DNA of 64,000 bases from Nitrospirota bacterium (GTDB lineage: Bacteria; Nitrospirota; UBA9217): NCBI GenBank assembly GCA_963796285.1, contig CAWCKW010000003.1, positions 290,128 through 354,127 of the forward strand, read 5' to 3'. This document shows, piece by piece, positions 1-9,396 of the stretch. Numbering within the stretch: position 1 is the stretch's first letter; the number at the start of each line of letters is the position of its first letter. A program made the position numbers and the translations under genes. Below the pieces are notes generated by a model, which saw nothing but the letters and a program-made list of their open reading frames with translations, ran no database searches and was not told where the DNA came from.

Positions 1-392
1 TCGAGCACGCCGTGCAGCTCTCGCTCCGTAAGCAGGCCCTGGCGAACCAGGACCTCGCCGAGCTTCTCGCCGCTTCTTTGTTGCTCGGCAATGGCATGCT
101 CAAGCTGTTCACTCGTGATGCGTCTTGCCTGAACGAGCAGTTCGCCCAGCAGCCGGCGAACACCCGCGGCAAGCTTGACCGCGTCCTCGACGCGGTCGAG
201 ATGTTCCTGTACTGCAAGGGCCACTTTGATGTCCGCCGGATCAAGAATATTCATCCTGACCAGGACCTGACCCAGGCGTTCGTTGGTATTCTTTTGCTCC
301 TCCAAAGCTGCCGCGATGTTCTGCTGGGGCAGAAATCCACCATCGATCAAGATCTGTCCGATGAAGCGCCTATTGTGTTTTTGTTTCAACAT
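1..392 (-). CDS. Tandem MshEN-motif (c-di-GMP receptor type) protein, 3' end runs off the window
   Basis: Absent from the ORF track and translated by hand: ATG at 392, AAGGAG SD at 399-404. MLKQKHNRRFIGQILIDGGFLPQQNIAAALEEQ..RLGQVLVRMNILDPADIKVALAVQ..LLGELLVQARRITSEQLEHAIAEQ..KLGEVLVRQGLLTERELHGVL gives four copies of the RLGxxLxxxGxxxxxxLxxxLxxQ pattern. Confidence 0.85.
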   Translation of the reverse strand, partial: MLKQKHNRRFIGQILIDGGFLPQQNIAAALEEQKNTNERLGQVLVRMNILDPADIKVALAVQEHLDRVEDAVKLAAGVRRLLGELLVQARRITSEQLEHAIAEQQRSGEKLGEVLVRQGLLTERELHGVL

Positions 393-574
393 GGGTTGCT
401 CCTTTGCGCTGTCACCTGCCGCGCTGTGCTCCTGGTTTCGTGATTTCGAAAATAACCGTTTACGGATAGAGTCCGTTCGTCCGATACTCCTGCAGGAAGT
501 ATGACAATTTTCATCCCTGTGTCCTGTGCGTTTTCCCTCAGATTCGTATTTGCCCATACTATCCTGCTTTCTTT

Positions 575-3500
575 TTACTGGCCGCTGAACCACTTGACGG
601 CATCTCGTATGCTCATCTGGTCAAACTTCATTCTCAGCTTGATGAACGGACCCGCGCTGGTGAAATCAGACTGGGAGAAGTCGCGGTCCTTAAATCCGGT
701 GAAATTATATCCCAGGCTGATCCATATATTGCTCCCCGCGTTAAAGCCCACGGACGCCCCGGTCCCGAACGTCTCCTGGTTGATGCTGTAGGAGTGGAGC
801 CGCATGCCGCGCAGGCCTGCATCCCACGTCTTTGTGATATCATAACGGCCCTCCAGCCCGATCAGGTCCGTGTATCCGCGATAATCGCTATCATCGATGG
901 TTTCCAGGACGTATTTTGCTCCATACTGCAGGGAAACCTGGGTCCTTTCGTCCGTCTTGATGTTCGCGACGAGATTGTTCACGACGCGCTGGTTGTTGTC
1001 ATAGGTCACGGTCCCGCCGTCCTGCTTATCGACGAGAAAATCGAGGCGGTCCAGAATAATGAGGCTGGTCGTGACCGGGCGGTATGCCAGGCTCAGCCTA
1101 AGATCGTCGCTTTGCGTATGCTGCCCGGTCGAGTCAACGGTGCGGAACATTTGCAGTCCGGCCGCGAGCGCGAATCCGCCCCCCACCTCGCCGTTCGCAC
1201 CCGTGAACAGGCCATACTTGTCCTCTGAATCCGAATTGCGCTTCTCGACCCGCGCTGTCCATGACCATTTTTCCTGATGGAATCCGGCGCCGAGGGAGAT
1301 TGCGGTGAAGTCCTCGCTGCTGGTTGATGTGGACGTATCATCGGTGCTCGTGGTGGACGTAGCCGTGCTGCGCAGTGTCTGGCTTCGGTCCAGGCTGCCG
1401 TCCACGCTCCACTGTTTTGTGATCTGCCAGGACTGCTTCAGGCCTGTGGTGGCGAAGAGCCGCACGCCGTTCTCGGTCGACTGCTGCTCCATGGTGGACC
1501 CGATCTGACCACCGGTCCACGGCGATGTCCTGACCCCGATCCGCGTGGTCGCGGTGTCTAACGCGGAGCCTTGCGTCCACTCCTGGTCCGCGTAGATCGT
1601 AGATTTCTCATTGAGCTTGTAGTCCGCCCCGACGGTTGTCTTTGTGGGATACTCAACGTTGTTGTTCGCTCCGATGGACTGATCCCGATTGATCCGGATC
1701 GCGGTCTTATCGGTCACCTGGTCCTTTACGCCGGCGAAGATCTGGTCGGACCGTTGCGTCTCGCCGAAGCTCTGCGTCTCGTCGGTGCTTAGGGTGTCTA
1801 TAGCCTGGCGCAGGCCCGCCGTCAGTGTATACCGGCCCACCGCGTAATTGCTCCGGACCTCGGCCATGTCGCGAACCGCGCCGGTGGACAAGTCGTTCTG
1901 CTCGAACACCTCACCGCTGACGGTCCACGGCTTGTTGATCCGGTAATTGAGGTCCGCCCCGACCTTCCGGGTTCCCGACTCGCTGGCGTTCTGCTGACCG
2001 AGTCCGAACCCGACTTGCTGTTCCCGAACGTATGCCTTCCCCTCCACTTTTTCAGAACGGTGCTGCAACTCCGCGAGATACGCGTCGCCGTTGCTCGTGA
2101 CACCGTCCTGGTCCGTCTTTGTCGTGGCGGCCTCGGCCCGGAGCGTATCGTGCTCACCGAGCTTGATCTTCGCATCGACCCCCTCGAGATTGCCCGAACC
2201 ACCCACCTGGCCCTCGTGGACATGGGAGGCGCCGACCTCGAGACGGCTGTCGAGGAACCGTGCCGCGACGCGGCCGCCATAGTTGTATTTCTTGTCCGAG
2301 TCGTCAAAGGAATCATATTCCGCAACAATGAAAATTGGATTGAAATCCCCGTCACTGCTGTTCACCGGACTCTTGAAGAAAATGGTCCCGGCATCGTAGT
2401 CGATGGTATAGTCAAGTTGGTTGGTCAGCTGTTGGCTCGAAAGAATGACCTCGCTCTTGAACCGGTCCCGGGTCTCGAGTGTGATCGTATCGGAATTGAG
2501 CACAATATTCTTCCGGGACAGGTGATACAGTCCCGAGGTGCCGTCTCCCGATAACTCGTCCCGCACGTGCGCCTGGTTCGTATCCGCAAGAAAAACGGCA
2601 TATTCGTAATCCTTGGTCTTCATCTCCGATTTGAACCCGGTGAAGTTCCGGCTGTACCGTGAAAGCTCGGTAAGGGAAAGGCCGGCGTTGAAATCGCCGA
2701 ACAGGGCATAGAACTGGTCGCGCTCCAGCTTGACATAGATGTGCTTTGCGCTGGCTGCGTCGTTGCTCTGCATTGTACCGTCGCCATACAACGTGTAATA
2801 TTTATTTGGATCGATGGTCTGGTACAGGCTCGCCTGGTCCGTGCTGTCTGTTTTTTTGCTGTCATAGGCCAGCGTAAGCAGCCACTCGCCCTTGATCCTG
2901 CCTTTGGCATAAAAGGCCAAACGGTCCTCTTCGAAGTATTTATCATCACCACTCCCGGACGCGAAGGTCTCCATGTTGCCCTTCACTGCATTGTATCCCA
3001 CCGTGCCTTCGGCCAGGCCGACGAGGACCCAATCCCGGTCCCCCGGCTTGAGCCACGTTCGGATTTCCTGGGTCGTGCCATCGGCAACCTGGAAGCGGAG
3101 GACTGCTTCACCGGTCTGCATGGTCGGCTGGAGCTCGATGAGGGCAATGCCGTTCTCTCCCACATGATATTTCTGGCGATCGTTGGTCGACGCGGTCAAG
3201 GGGTTCTGCTGGAGGTCTTCGACCCGCTGGCGCGCAAGATACGGCGGATCCACCCTGTACTCGCCCATGACGCCCTCCCGCGCGGGATGACCTTCCTTGT
3301 CGGTCAGCAGGACGGCTATGACCGGCGCATTCTTGCCGTCCGCCGCGAGTTTTGACTGTGCGGGAACAAATTCCGCCTTGACCGGAGACCCCGAATAATG
3401 CATGACCCGCTTCACGCGGGAAGTCTCGGTTTTGTTTTCATCGTATTCCACGCCCTCGAAAAGATTGTCGCCGTCAATCAAATGGATGCCTCTCCAGAAA

Positions 3501-6409
3501 CTGACCGCAACTCTGTTGTCTTGCCGCGCGGTCGTGTTGTCGAGATAAAACGCGTCCACTTCCTCTCCGTTCAGGAACAGTTTAAATGATTTCGAGGGAT
3601 CGTGTTTGATCACGATATTCGTGCTCGCGATCGGGGGATGGTATCCCTCAGAAGGCCAGAGCCAGGACAAACCTATCTGCGACTTCTCCATCCAGTCCAC
3701 ATCGTAATCGGGCATGGTTTTGCCGTCTTTTTCCTTTGCCCTCTGGTCCGGGGCCCATTCTTCACCCTGCGCCAGGCCAGTGATCGACACGGTCTTCTTG
3801 CCGCTCGTTTCCTTGTCGTTGCGGATAGAGGTCCAGGCGGAATCCCTGCGCGTGTCGAACGTGGGATGGAGCGCGACGTCGGGTTCGCTCGTCTGACGCT
3901 TCAACTCATAGCGGACAAGGTTCGTGTCAGCCACGGGAGTCTTCACTCCTTTTTCCGCCGGAGTGTCGAAAACCAGGAACGCCTTCGTGGACAGATTTCC
4001 TTCAACACCGTGCGCCGGCGCTGTCGCGAGTAAAGCGACGGACCCCTCCCACCCGGCGGGCCGCTCGCCCAGATGATAGGTCAGGACGCCATCGCCGAGG
4101 TCAGGATCGGGGACCCGACCGTCAGTCAGACTGCTGCTTCCCGCCGCGTACGATACGCCGTCCGGCATCATCACGATCAGCCGGAGGTTCCGCACCGGGA
4201 CCGCTCCCACATGCAGGTTGGCCGAGTAAGCGAGGGTGTACCGGCCGTTCGCGTCCGGGAGAAGGCAATTCTCGTTCACGAATGGCACCATGGCCGCATC
4301 ATCGTTATTGCCGTTCACGTACGGCTTCGCGGTGCCGGTCTGGGCCATGGCCGGGGAATTCTTCTTCTGTTCGCCGAAAGGAGTACACGTTTGGGCCGCA
4401 GCCAGGGAAGCCCCCGGCTCAACGTCAACAGGGTTAATCGACCCGGTCCGGGTCGTGACCAGAGAGGTCCGCAGTTCAAGGCCAACCTCGCCGGTCTGTT
4501 TCGCTTTCGGAGGACGGAGCGCCAGATGGAAATCGGCCCTCCACAAGGTGCCGCCTTGCAAATCCACGAACTGCGAAAAAGACCTGCCCGCGAAACGCGT
4601 GTTGTCCTCGCACTGCGCGGACTCGTATTGATCGGGTACCGTGACCGTATCAAGCTGCACCACGTGGGTCCCCGCGTTAACAGCCGCAAAGTGATACATC
4701 CCGTTCTTGTCGGTCACGACATAGGACCCTTCCTCGAGGAAGATGCGGACCCCTGCGATGCCGCGCCCGTTGTCGCCGCAGCCGTCGAGGACTCGGCCGA
4801 CAATGGTCGTCTTGGTCATAAAGAAGTCCTCGGTCACCTGGACCGTGGTTGTTGCCGTATTGGATTTCACTCCAGAGGTGCTGTTCGCCACGGCCGTGTT
4901 CACTGCCTTGCCAAGGTTGGCGCCCGCGCCTACCTCCGTGACATAGCTGACATCCGCCGTTGCCGCGGCGGCGAGATCGCCGACCGTAAAAGTTAAGCTC
5001 CGGCCGTCTCCGGAGATCGCAGGATCGGTCGCGCGGACGCTGTTCAGGCGCACCGACCCTTTTCGGTACCGGAAACCAACCGGCAGCCGGTCAATAATCG
5101 TCACCCCCGCTGCTGCAGCGGATTTGTTGATGTTCTCCACCGTGAGTGCGTAGGGAACAAAGTCGCCGATTGCCGCCGAGGCCTTGCCTGCGGATTTGAT
5201 CAGATAGAGCTGGGTGCTTGCCGGATCCGTGGGAATATCAATGCGGATAGCGGGCCCCGCGTTCACCACGAACTCCTCGCTTCGCGAGCCGGGCTCGGCA
5301 ATTGCGAAGGGGCCGCCCGACAGTGCCTGCAGAACGGCAGTCGCAACGTTCGAGGGAGACCGGTATCCAGAGGGCGGCAGGACATCGAGGCGATAGTGGC
5401 CCGGGCTGATGAAGGGGAAACGATAACCGCCCGGGGTCAGGGAATAGACCTTGCCGCTGCTGTCCACCGCTGTACCGCCGGTGGTGAGGGTGGAAGGAAA
5501 GGTCGCGACACCGTCATCACCATACACGGTCGCGGGACTGCCCGTGGCGGTGTTCACGAGGGTGACGCTCGCCCCGTCGACAGGCTGGCCGGTCGCGCTG
5601 TTGAAAACGATCCCAAAGGGATCAACGAGCGCCGAGACGGAAGTCTTGTCAACGGGATCGGACGGGTCTGTATAGGAAACAATGACGTTCGAGTCGTTCA
5701 CCATGCTGAGCATGCCGTTGTTCAGCGTGACCGACTGGGACGTGGATTGAATATATCCGAGGAACACGCCGGTATTGGGGCCCGTCTCCGTGAGGCGGAG
5801 CACCTCGGTGTCGCCTGTCTTGTCGTCGCGGATCGTTACGACAGCGGTCTCCGCGAGGGCAGGATCGTTGTTCTGGTCTTTGTCGGTCAGGCGGATGAAG
5901 ACCGGTTCGCCCGTGTGATATTGGGTCGGTGAAACAAGCGGCACCGGCTGGTTGATGTCAATGGCCGCGGAAGAGCCGGCAGGAACCGGCGCGCCGAGGA
6001 CAACAAAGGGCCCCGCGGTGTTTCCACTGGGACTGTACGATGTCGGTTTTACCGTGAGCTGTTGAACGCCGGTTGCGCCAGGCGCGTACTCCAGAAATTC
6101 TATGACCGCAGTCGTCCGCTGGACCATGGACGTCACTGACGCCGCTGGAGACGTTACGGTTACCGGACTGCCCGCGGATGCGGGTGTATACGTCGCGGTT
6201 GCGACATTGGTGATGATCGTGCCGGAAGGTGTGCTCGACCAGCCGACGGATGAGAACAGATGAATGAATAGGAATGATAACATCAAAATAACTATGGGAG
6301 AAAAAACCGGGACCGCTCCGGCGAACAGGCGCACCCCGGTTGTGCCTTCACCCTCGTGCGTGAAGGTACGGTCGGTTTGCGCGCCATTTGTGCTGAAGCG
6401 GTCCCTCAT
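575..6409 (-). CDS. Very large secreted DUF11/SdrD-B/Ig-repeat protein with C-terminal outer-membrane beta-barrel (putative fibre anchor/assembly platform)
   Basis: 1944 aa with a hydrophobic signal segment and N-terminal TPSGTIITNVATATY. It has a complete DUF11 domain (LIKSA..IIDRLP..AVNTA). The C-terminal ~800 aa are amphipathic beta-strands ending ..GPFIKLRMKFDQ. Confidence 0.85.
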   Translation of the reverse strand: MRDRFSTNGAQTDRTFTHEGEGTTGVRLFAGAVPVFSPIVILMLSFLFIHLFSSVGWSSTPSGTIITNVATATYTPASAGSPVTVTSPAASVTSMVQRTTAVIEFLEYAPGATGVQQLTVKPTSYSPSGNTAGPFVVLGAPVPAGSSAAIDINQPVPLVSPTQYHTGEPVFIRLTDKDQNNDPALAETAVVTIRDDKTGDTEVLRLTETGPNTGVFLGYIQSTSQSVTLNNGMLSMVNDSNVIVSYTDPSDPVDKTSVSALVDPFGIVFNSATGQPVDGASVTLVNTATGSPATVYGDDGVATFPSTLTTGGTAVDSSGKVYSLTPGGYRFPFISPGHYRLDVLPPSGYRSPSNVATAVLQALSGGPFAIAEPGSRSEEFVVNAGPAIRIDIPTDPASTQLYLIKSAGKASAAIGDFVPYALTVENINKSAAAAGVTIIDRLPVGFRYRKGSVRLNSVRATDPAISGDGRSLTFTVGDLAAAATADVSYVTEVGAGANLGKAVNTAVANSTSGVKSNTATTTVQVTEDFFMTKTTIVGRVLDGCGDNGRGIAGVRIFLEEGSYVVTDKNGMYHFAAVNAGTHVVQLDTVTVPDQYESAQCEDNTRFAGRSFSQFVDLQGGTLWRADFHLALRPPKAKQTGEVGLELRTSLVTTRTGSINPVDVEPGASLAAAQTCTPFGEQKKNSPAMAQTGTAKPYVNGNNDDAAMVPFVNENCLLPDANGRYTLAYSANLHVGAVPVRNLRLIVMMPDGVSYAAGSSSLTDGRVPDPDLGDGVLTYHLGERPAGWEGSVALLATAPAHGVEGNLSTKAFLVFDTPAEKGVKTPVADTNLVRYELKRQTSEPDVALHPTFDTRRDSAWTSIRNDKETSGKKTVSITGLAQGEEWAPDQRAKEKDGKTMPDYDVDWMEKSQIGLSWLWPSEGYHPPIASTNIVIKHDPSKSFKLFLNGEEVDAFYLDNTTARQDNRVAVSFWRGIHLIDGDNLFEGVEYDENKTETSRVKRVMHYSGSPVKAEFVPAQSKLAADGKNAPVIAVLLTDKEGHPAREGVMGEYRVDPPYLARQRVEDLQQNPLTASTNDRQKYHVGENGIALIELQPTMQTGEAVLRFQVADGTTQEIRTWLKPGDRDWVLVGLAEGTVGYNAVKGNMETFASGSGDDKYFEEDRLAFYAKGRIKGEWLLTLAYDSKKTDSTDQASLYQTIDPNKYYTLYGDGTMQSNDAASAKHIYVKLERDQFYALFGDFNAGLSLTELSRYSRNFTGFKSEMKTKDYEYAVFLADTNQAHVRDELSGDGTSGLYHLSRKNIVLNSDTITLETRDRFKSEVILSSQQLTNQLDYTIDYDAGTIFFKSPVNSSDGDFNPIFIVAEYDSFDDSDKKYNYGGRVAARFLDSRLEVGASHVHEGQVGGSGNLEGVDAKIKLGEHDTLRAEAATTKTDQDGVTSNGDAYLAELQHRSEKVEGKAYVREQQVGFGLGQQNASESGTRKVGADLNYRINKPWTVSGEVFEQNDLSTGAVRDMAEVRSNYAVGRYTLTAGLRQAIDTLSTDETQSFGETQRSDQIFAGVKDQVTDKTAIRINRDQSIGANNNVEYPTKTTVGADYKLNEKSTIYADQEWTQGSALDTATTRIGVRTSPWTGGQIGSTMEQQSTENGVRLFATTGLKQSWQITKQWSVDGSLDRSQTLRSTATSTTSTDDTSTSTSSEDFTAISLGAGFHQEKWSWTARVEKRNSDSEDKYGLFTGANGEVGGGFALAAGLQMFRTVDSTGQHTQSDDLRLSLAYRPVTTSLIILDRLDFLVDKQDGGTVTYDNNQRVVNNLVANIKTDERTQVSLQYGAKYVLETIDDSDYRGYTDLIGLEGRYDITKTWDAGLRGMRLHSYSINQETFGTGASVGFNAGSNIWISLGYNFTGFKDRDFSQSDFTSAGPFIKLRMKFDQMSIRDAVKWFSGQ

Positions 6410-6422
6410 AACAATCGGTCAG

Positions 6423-6452
6423 GCCCCCTGCCCGAGCCACTTGGCAGGGGGC
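6423..6452 (-). promoter_or_regulatory. Intercistronic 10-bp GC hairpin without a U-tail after the 370-aa gene (mRNA stabiliser or partial terminator)
   Basis: GCCCCCTGCC-N10-GGCAGGGGGC perfect inverted repeat. Confidence 0.6.
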
Positions 6453-6466
6453 GTCATCTCTTCCTC

Positions 6467-7552
6467 CTACTGGATAGTAGCCTGGTACACAATGGTCGCT
6501 GTTTGACCCGTGGCAAGAGAACTTATCGTGGCTGTCAGCGTTTGGCCGGCCCAACTGCTGGATCCGCTGCCGCCGGTAAGACAGGCCCAACCGCCACTGG
6601 CTATATTCGCCCTTGCCTGTCCCGCACATCCGGAGCCGCCGCCGGCAGTTACGCTGGTCCACGCCGCGGTAACGGGCACTAACGTTGCCGTCAGTGCGTC
6701 GGTGACCGTAACGGCTGTTGCGGTGCTCTGGCCCGCGGGGTTATTGATCACTACGAGATACTCCATGATAGCCCCGGGTATCGCCTTCGGGGTTGACGTG
6801 CCGTTGATCGGATCGCTGTACACGACCGACGACTTGCTGACCGTCAGGTTCGTCAGGGCCGCATGATAAGCGCTCCTTGCTGAATGCTTGCCGTCTCCGG
6901 CAGGATCATCCGTACCCGCAACATCGCCCAACACCACGTCCGCGGTGCATGTTCCATATGCGCTGGTAATGGTACTGGTATTGTTCGCCTCAGCCGTCGT
7001 CCCGTCGACTTTATAGGCCTGGGCACGCAGCGCGTAAACTGCATAGGCGCCGTTGGTCAACCCCGCCGGCATGGTCGCAATAATGGTCACGGTCGTGGAA
7101 GAACCCGCTGACACTATCGCTGTGGCGGCGGCCGATGCCGCGTAGCTTTGTGCGTTAAAAGCATCGGTCACCGTATTGTTTCCGGAGAAGACAGACGTTG
7201 TAGAACCGGATACTTCCTCGACTGCGGTCAAAGCATACGTCTGATTTGCGTTGCCGTTGTTCGTTATCGTGAACGTCAACACCGCGCCTGATTGATTCGA
7301 AACAACCGATACGCCCGGCGAGGCATCAGTGGTCGTCACCGTGAGGTTGACCCGGTTGCCCACCACAATAGTACTCGTATTGGAGCTGACCACCGCCTGC
7401 GCGAACCCCCCCACATTGTACGCGACAGCAGCTGTGTTGCCGATCGGGGTACAGGCCGGGGTAAACGCCGCCATGGCTGCTTGCGGCACTGCCAGCGCTA
7501 TGACCAGGCACAGAAGCAATCCGACGATTATTGGAACTTGTCTCATTTTCAT
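6467..7552 (-). CDS. Secreted DUF11 protein, putative major fibre subunit
   Basis: ATG at 7552 with AAGGAG SD. Signal peptide ends AMA|A. N-terminal FTPACTPIGNTAAVAY. C-terminal DUF11 (VSKSS..AIPGA..VTDAL) ends at VYQATIQ. Confidence 0.85.
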   Translation of the reverse strand: MKMRQVPIIVGLLLCLVIALAVPQAAMAAFTPACTPIGNTAAVAYNVGGFAQAVVSSNTSTIVVGNRVNLTVTTTDASPGVSVVSNQSGAVLTFTITNNGNANQTYALTAVEEVSGSTTSVFSGNNTVTDAFNAQSYAASAAATAIVSAGSSTTVTIIATMPAGLTNGAYAVYALRAQAYKVDGTTAEANNTSTITSAYGTCTADVVLGDVAGTDDPAGDGKHSARSAYHAALTNLTVSKSSVVYSDPINGTSTPKAIPGAIMEYLVVINNPAGQSTATAVTVTDALTATLVPVTAAWTSVTAGGGSGCAGQARANIASGGWACLTGGSGSSSWAGQTLTATISSLATGQTATIVYQATIQ

Positions 7553-7797
7553 GTTGCTCTCCTTTGGTTTATAATTCACTGTAAGCTTCCTGGATCGTTA
7601 TTGTTGTCATGCCGAAAATACCGGCTCGATCGATTACTTCGCCTTTTCACACACTCGGTGATTTCGGGCTATGGCGGATTTTCTATGCACCATTGCTGTT
7701 TCATAATCCTTACCTCCTAAATTTTTTTTAAATTCAAAGCTGAGAACCTTAAATCCTTAGAAGTTGTTCAGTTTAATACATTTGCCGGAACGTTCGT

Positions 7798-8292
7798 CTA
7801 TTGCACCCTGGCCCTGAAGGAAACACTGCCCTTAGCGCCTTTTTGCAAGGGTTTCTCAATGGTCCATCGTATATGTGTGTAATCCGCCGCCGCCGCGCGC
7901 CGCTCCTTCCCGTCGGAGGACGTTACCTTCAATTTATCGGCCGCCGCGTAGGTCTTGCCCTTGTCAACGGAAAATTCGATCCTCGTCCCATTGCCCTCGG
8001 CCGTGCCGTCCACGTAGAGCATGTGCTCGGGCACCGGATTTTTTATAACAACATCGGTTGCCGGCTTATCTCCGGCATAGGTATAATTATTGGTAAAAAT
8101 GACCGTTTGTCCGGGCGCGACATTCCTAGTCGTGGCATCGATCCGTTTCACCTCCTTTTTGCCCTCAGCATTGGTCTGCGTAACTTCAACCTCGGATACC
8201 GTTTTGATATCGAGTACGCCTTTTTGCTGCGCCCACACCGCCGCCGGCGCGAGAAGCGCAGCGGTAAATACCAGATACAATACTTTTTTCAT
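7798..8292 (-). CDS. Small periplasmic single DUF11-like domain protein (putative chaperone/cap)
   Basis: 164 aa with signal peptide ending VWA|Q. VAPGQTVIFTNNY..VVIKNPVP..HIRW..VSFRARVQ. Composition is charged and Lys-rich, unlike the Thr/Ser-rich neighbours. Confidence 0.85.
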   Translation of the reverse strand: MKKVLYLVFTAALLAPAAVWAQQKGVLDIKTVSEVEVTQTNAEGKKEVKRIDATTRNVAPGQTVIFTNNYTYAGDKPATDVVIKNPVPEHMLYVDGTAEGNGTRIEFSVDKGKTYAAADKLKVTSSDGKERRAAAADYTHIRWTIEKPLQKGAKGSVSFRARVQ

Positions 8293-8309
8293 AGTCCTAT
8301 CCTCCTCGT

Positions 8310-9341
8310 TTATTTGATCTTCACTTCAAAAGTTATCGTCTGTATCGGCGACGAACTCGTCAGGTTCCCGAGTTTCACGGTCACCGCATTCGGCGTCGTC
8401 AATCCAACGTCCCCGGCGTCGGTGTCGGCGATATCGGTGAGGGCCGTGTTGTTCAGCCGGAGCGAATTGGCGGTATACGTCGTGTTCACCGGCAGCGGAT
8501 CGCTGATCACCACGTTGTTCGCCGTGCCGCCTCCCTTTGTGCTCGCCGCAATCGTGTACCGGAGCGTCGCGCCCGGTATGGCCAGGTTTCCGCCCCATTG
8601 GTCGAGGATTGTCACGGTCTTGTTCAGGTTCACGTTCAATGCCGCAACGGATACGCCGAAGACGCCGGTTGCCGAATGTTTTCCGTCCCGTGCCCCATCG
8701 CCGACAGCGCTTCCCGCGACGTCCAAAAATACCGTGTCGATACCCGATGAATTGGGCCCCGTGGATTGCATCGAACTGTTCAAGGTGCCGGCATCGACAG
8801 CTGTTGCCACCAGGTCGTAAAGCGCTGTTTGGCCGGTTGTCAGGCCCGCAGGCGCGTCCGCCACGATCAATACGGTGACCGACACGCCGGAGGCAAGGTT
8901 CCCGAAGGTGCTTGCGTTGCTGTACAGGGTGTCTCCCGAGTCCCAGGTGCCGCCGTTGTTATTGTCGCGAAAGATACGAACATTGTTCATGGTCCATGTG
9001 TTCGTAGCCTTTGACACGGCCGATAATGCGAAGCGCATGGCCGTATTGCTCGTATTGGAGACGAGGAACGACAAAGCCACGTTGCTGGAGGTCGGCGCGG
9101 TATTCACGTCGGAGTTCTTGGTCACAACCACGTTGATCGCCCGGTCCACCGTGAAGGAATTCCCGGCTGTCGCGGTATGGGTCAGGCCGTCCTGGACAAA
9201 ACTCACGGCGACGGTGTTCGTGATGACCGTCCCCGCAATCGTGCCCGCGGCCCCGGCCGTGCCTACCGCAAAAAGACAACAGGCAAAGCAGGTGATGATC
9301 GCCCAGTATGCCGCGTAATATGTTTTCTTGCTGTTTTGCAT
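8310..9341 (-). CDS. Secreted DUF11 protein, putative minor/adaptor subunit (paralog of 6467..7552)
   Basis: Signal peptide then AGTIAGTVITNTVAVSF. Shares DVAG...DGKHSA with the 370-aa protein. C-terminal DUF11 ends ITFEVKIK. Start is uncertain (9341, 9368 or 9383). Confidence 0.85.
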   Translation of the reverse strand: MQNSKKTYYAAYWAIITCFACCLFAVGTAGAAGTIAGTVITNTVAVSFVQDGLTHTATAGNSFTVDRAINVVVTKNSDVNTAPTSSNVALSFLVSNTSNTAMRFALSAVSKATNTWTMNNVRIFRDNNNGGTWDSGDTLYSNASTFGNLASGVSVTVLIVADAPAGLTTGQTALYDLVATAVDAGTLNSSMQSTGPNSSGIDTVFLDVAGSAVGDGARDGKHSATGVFGVSVAALNVNLNKTVTILDQWGGNLAIPGATLRYTIAASTKGGGTANNVVISDPLPVNTTYTANSLRLNNTALTDIADTDAGDVGLTTPNAVTVKLGNLTSSSPIQTITFEVKIK

Positions 9342-9396
9342 AGTCGTATTCGTTCGGCCATCGTCCATCGCCGGCAGGGACAATAGCGTAAGCGCC

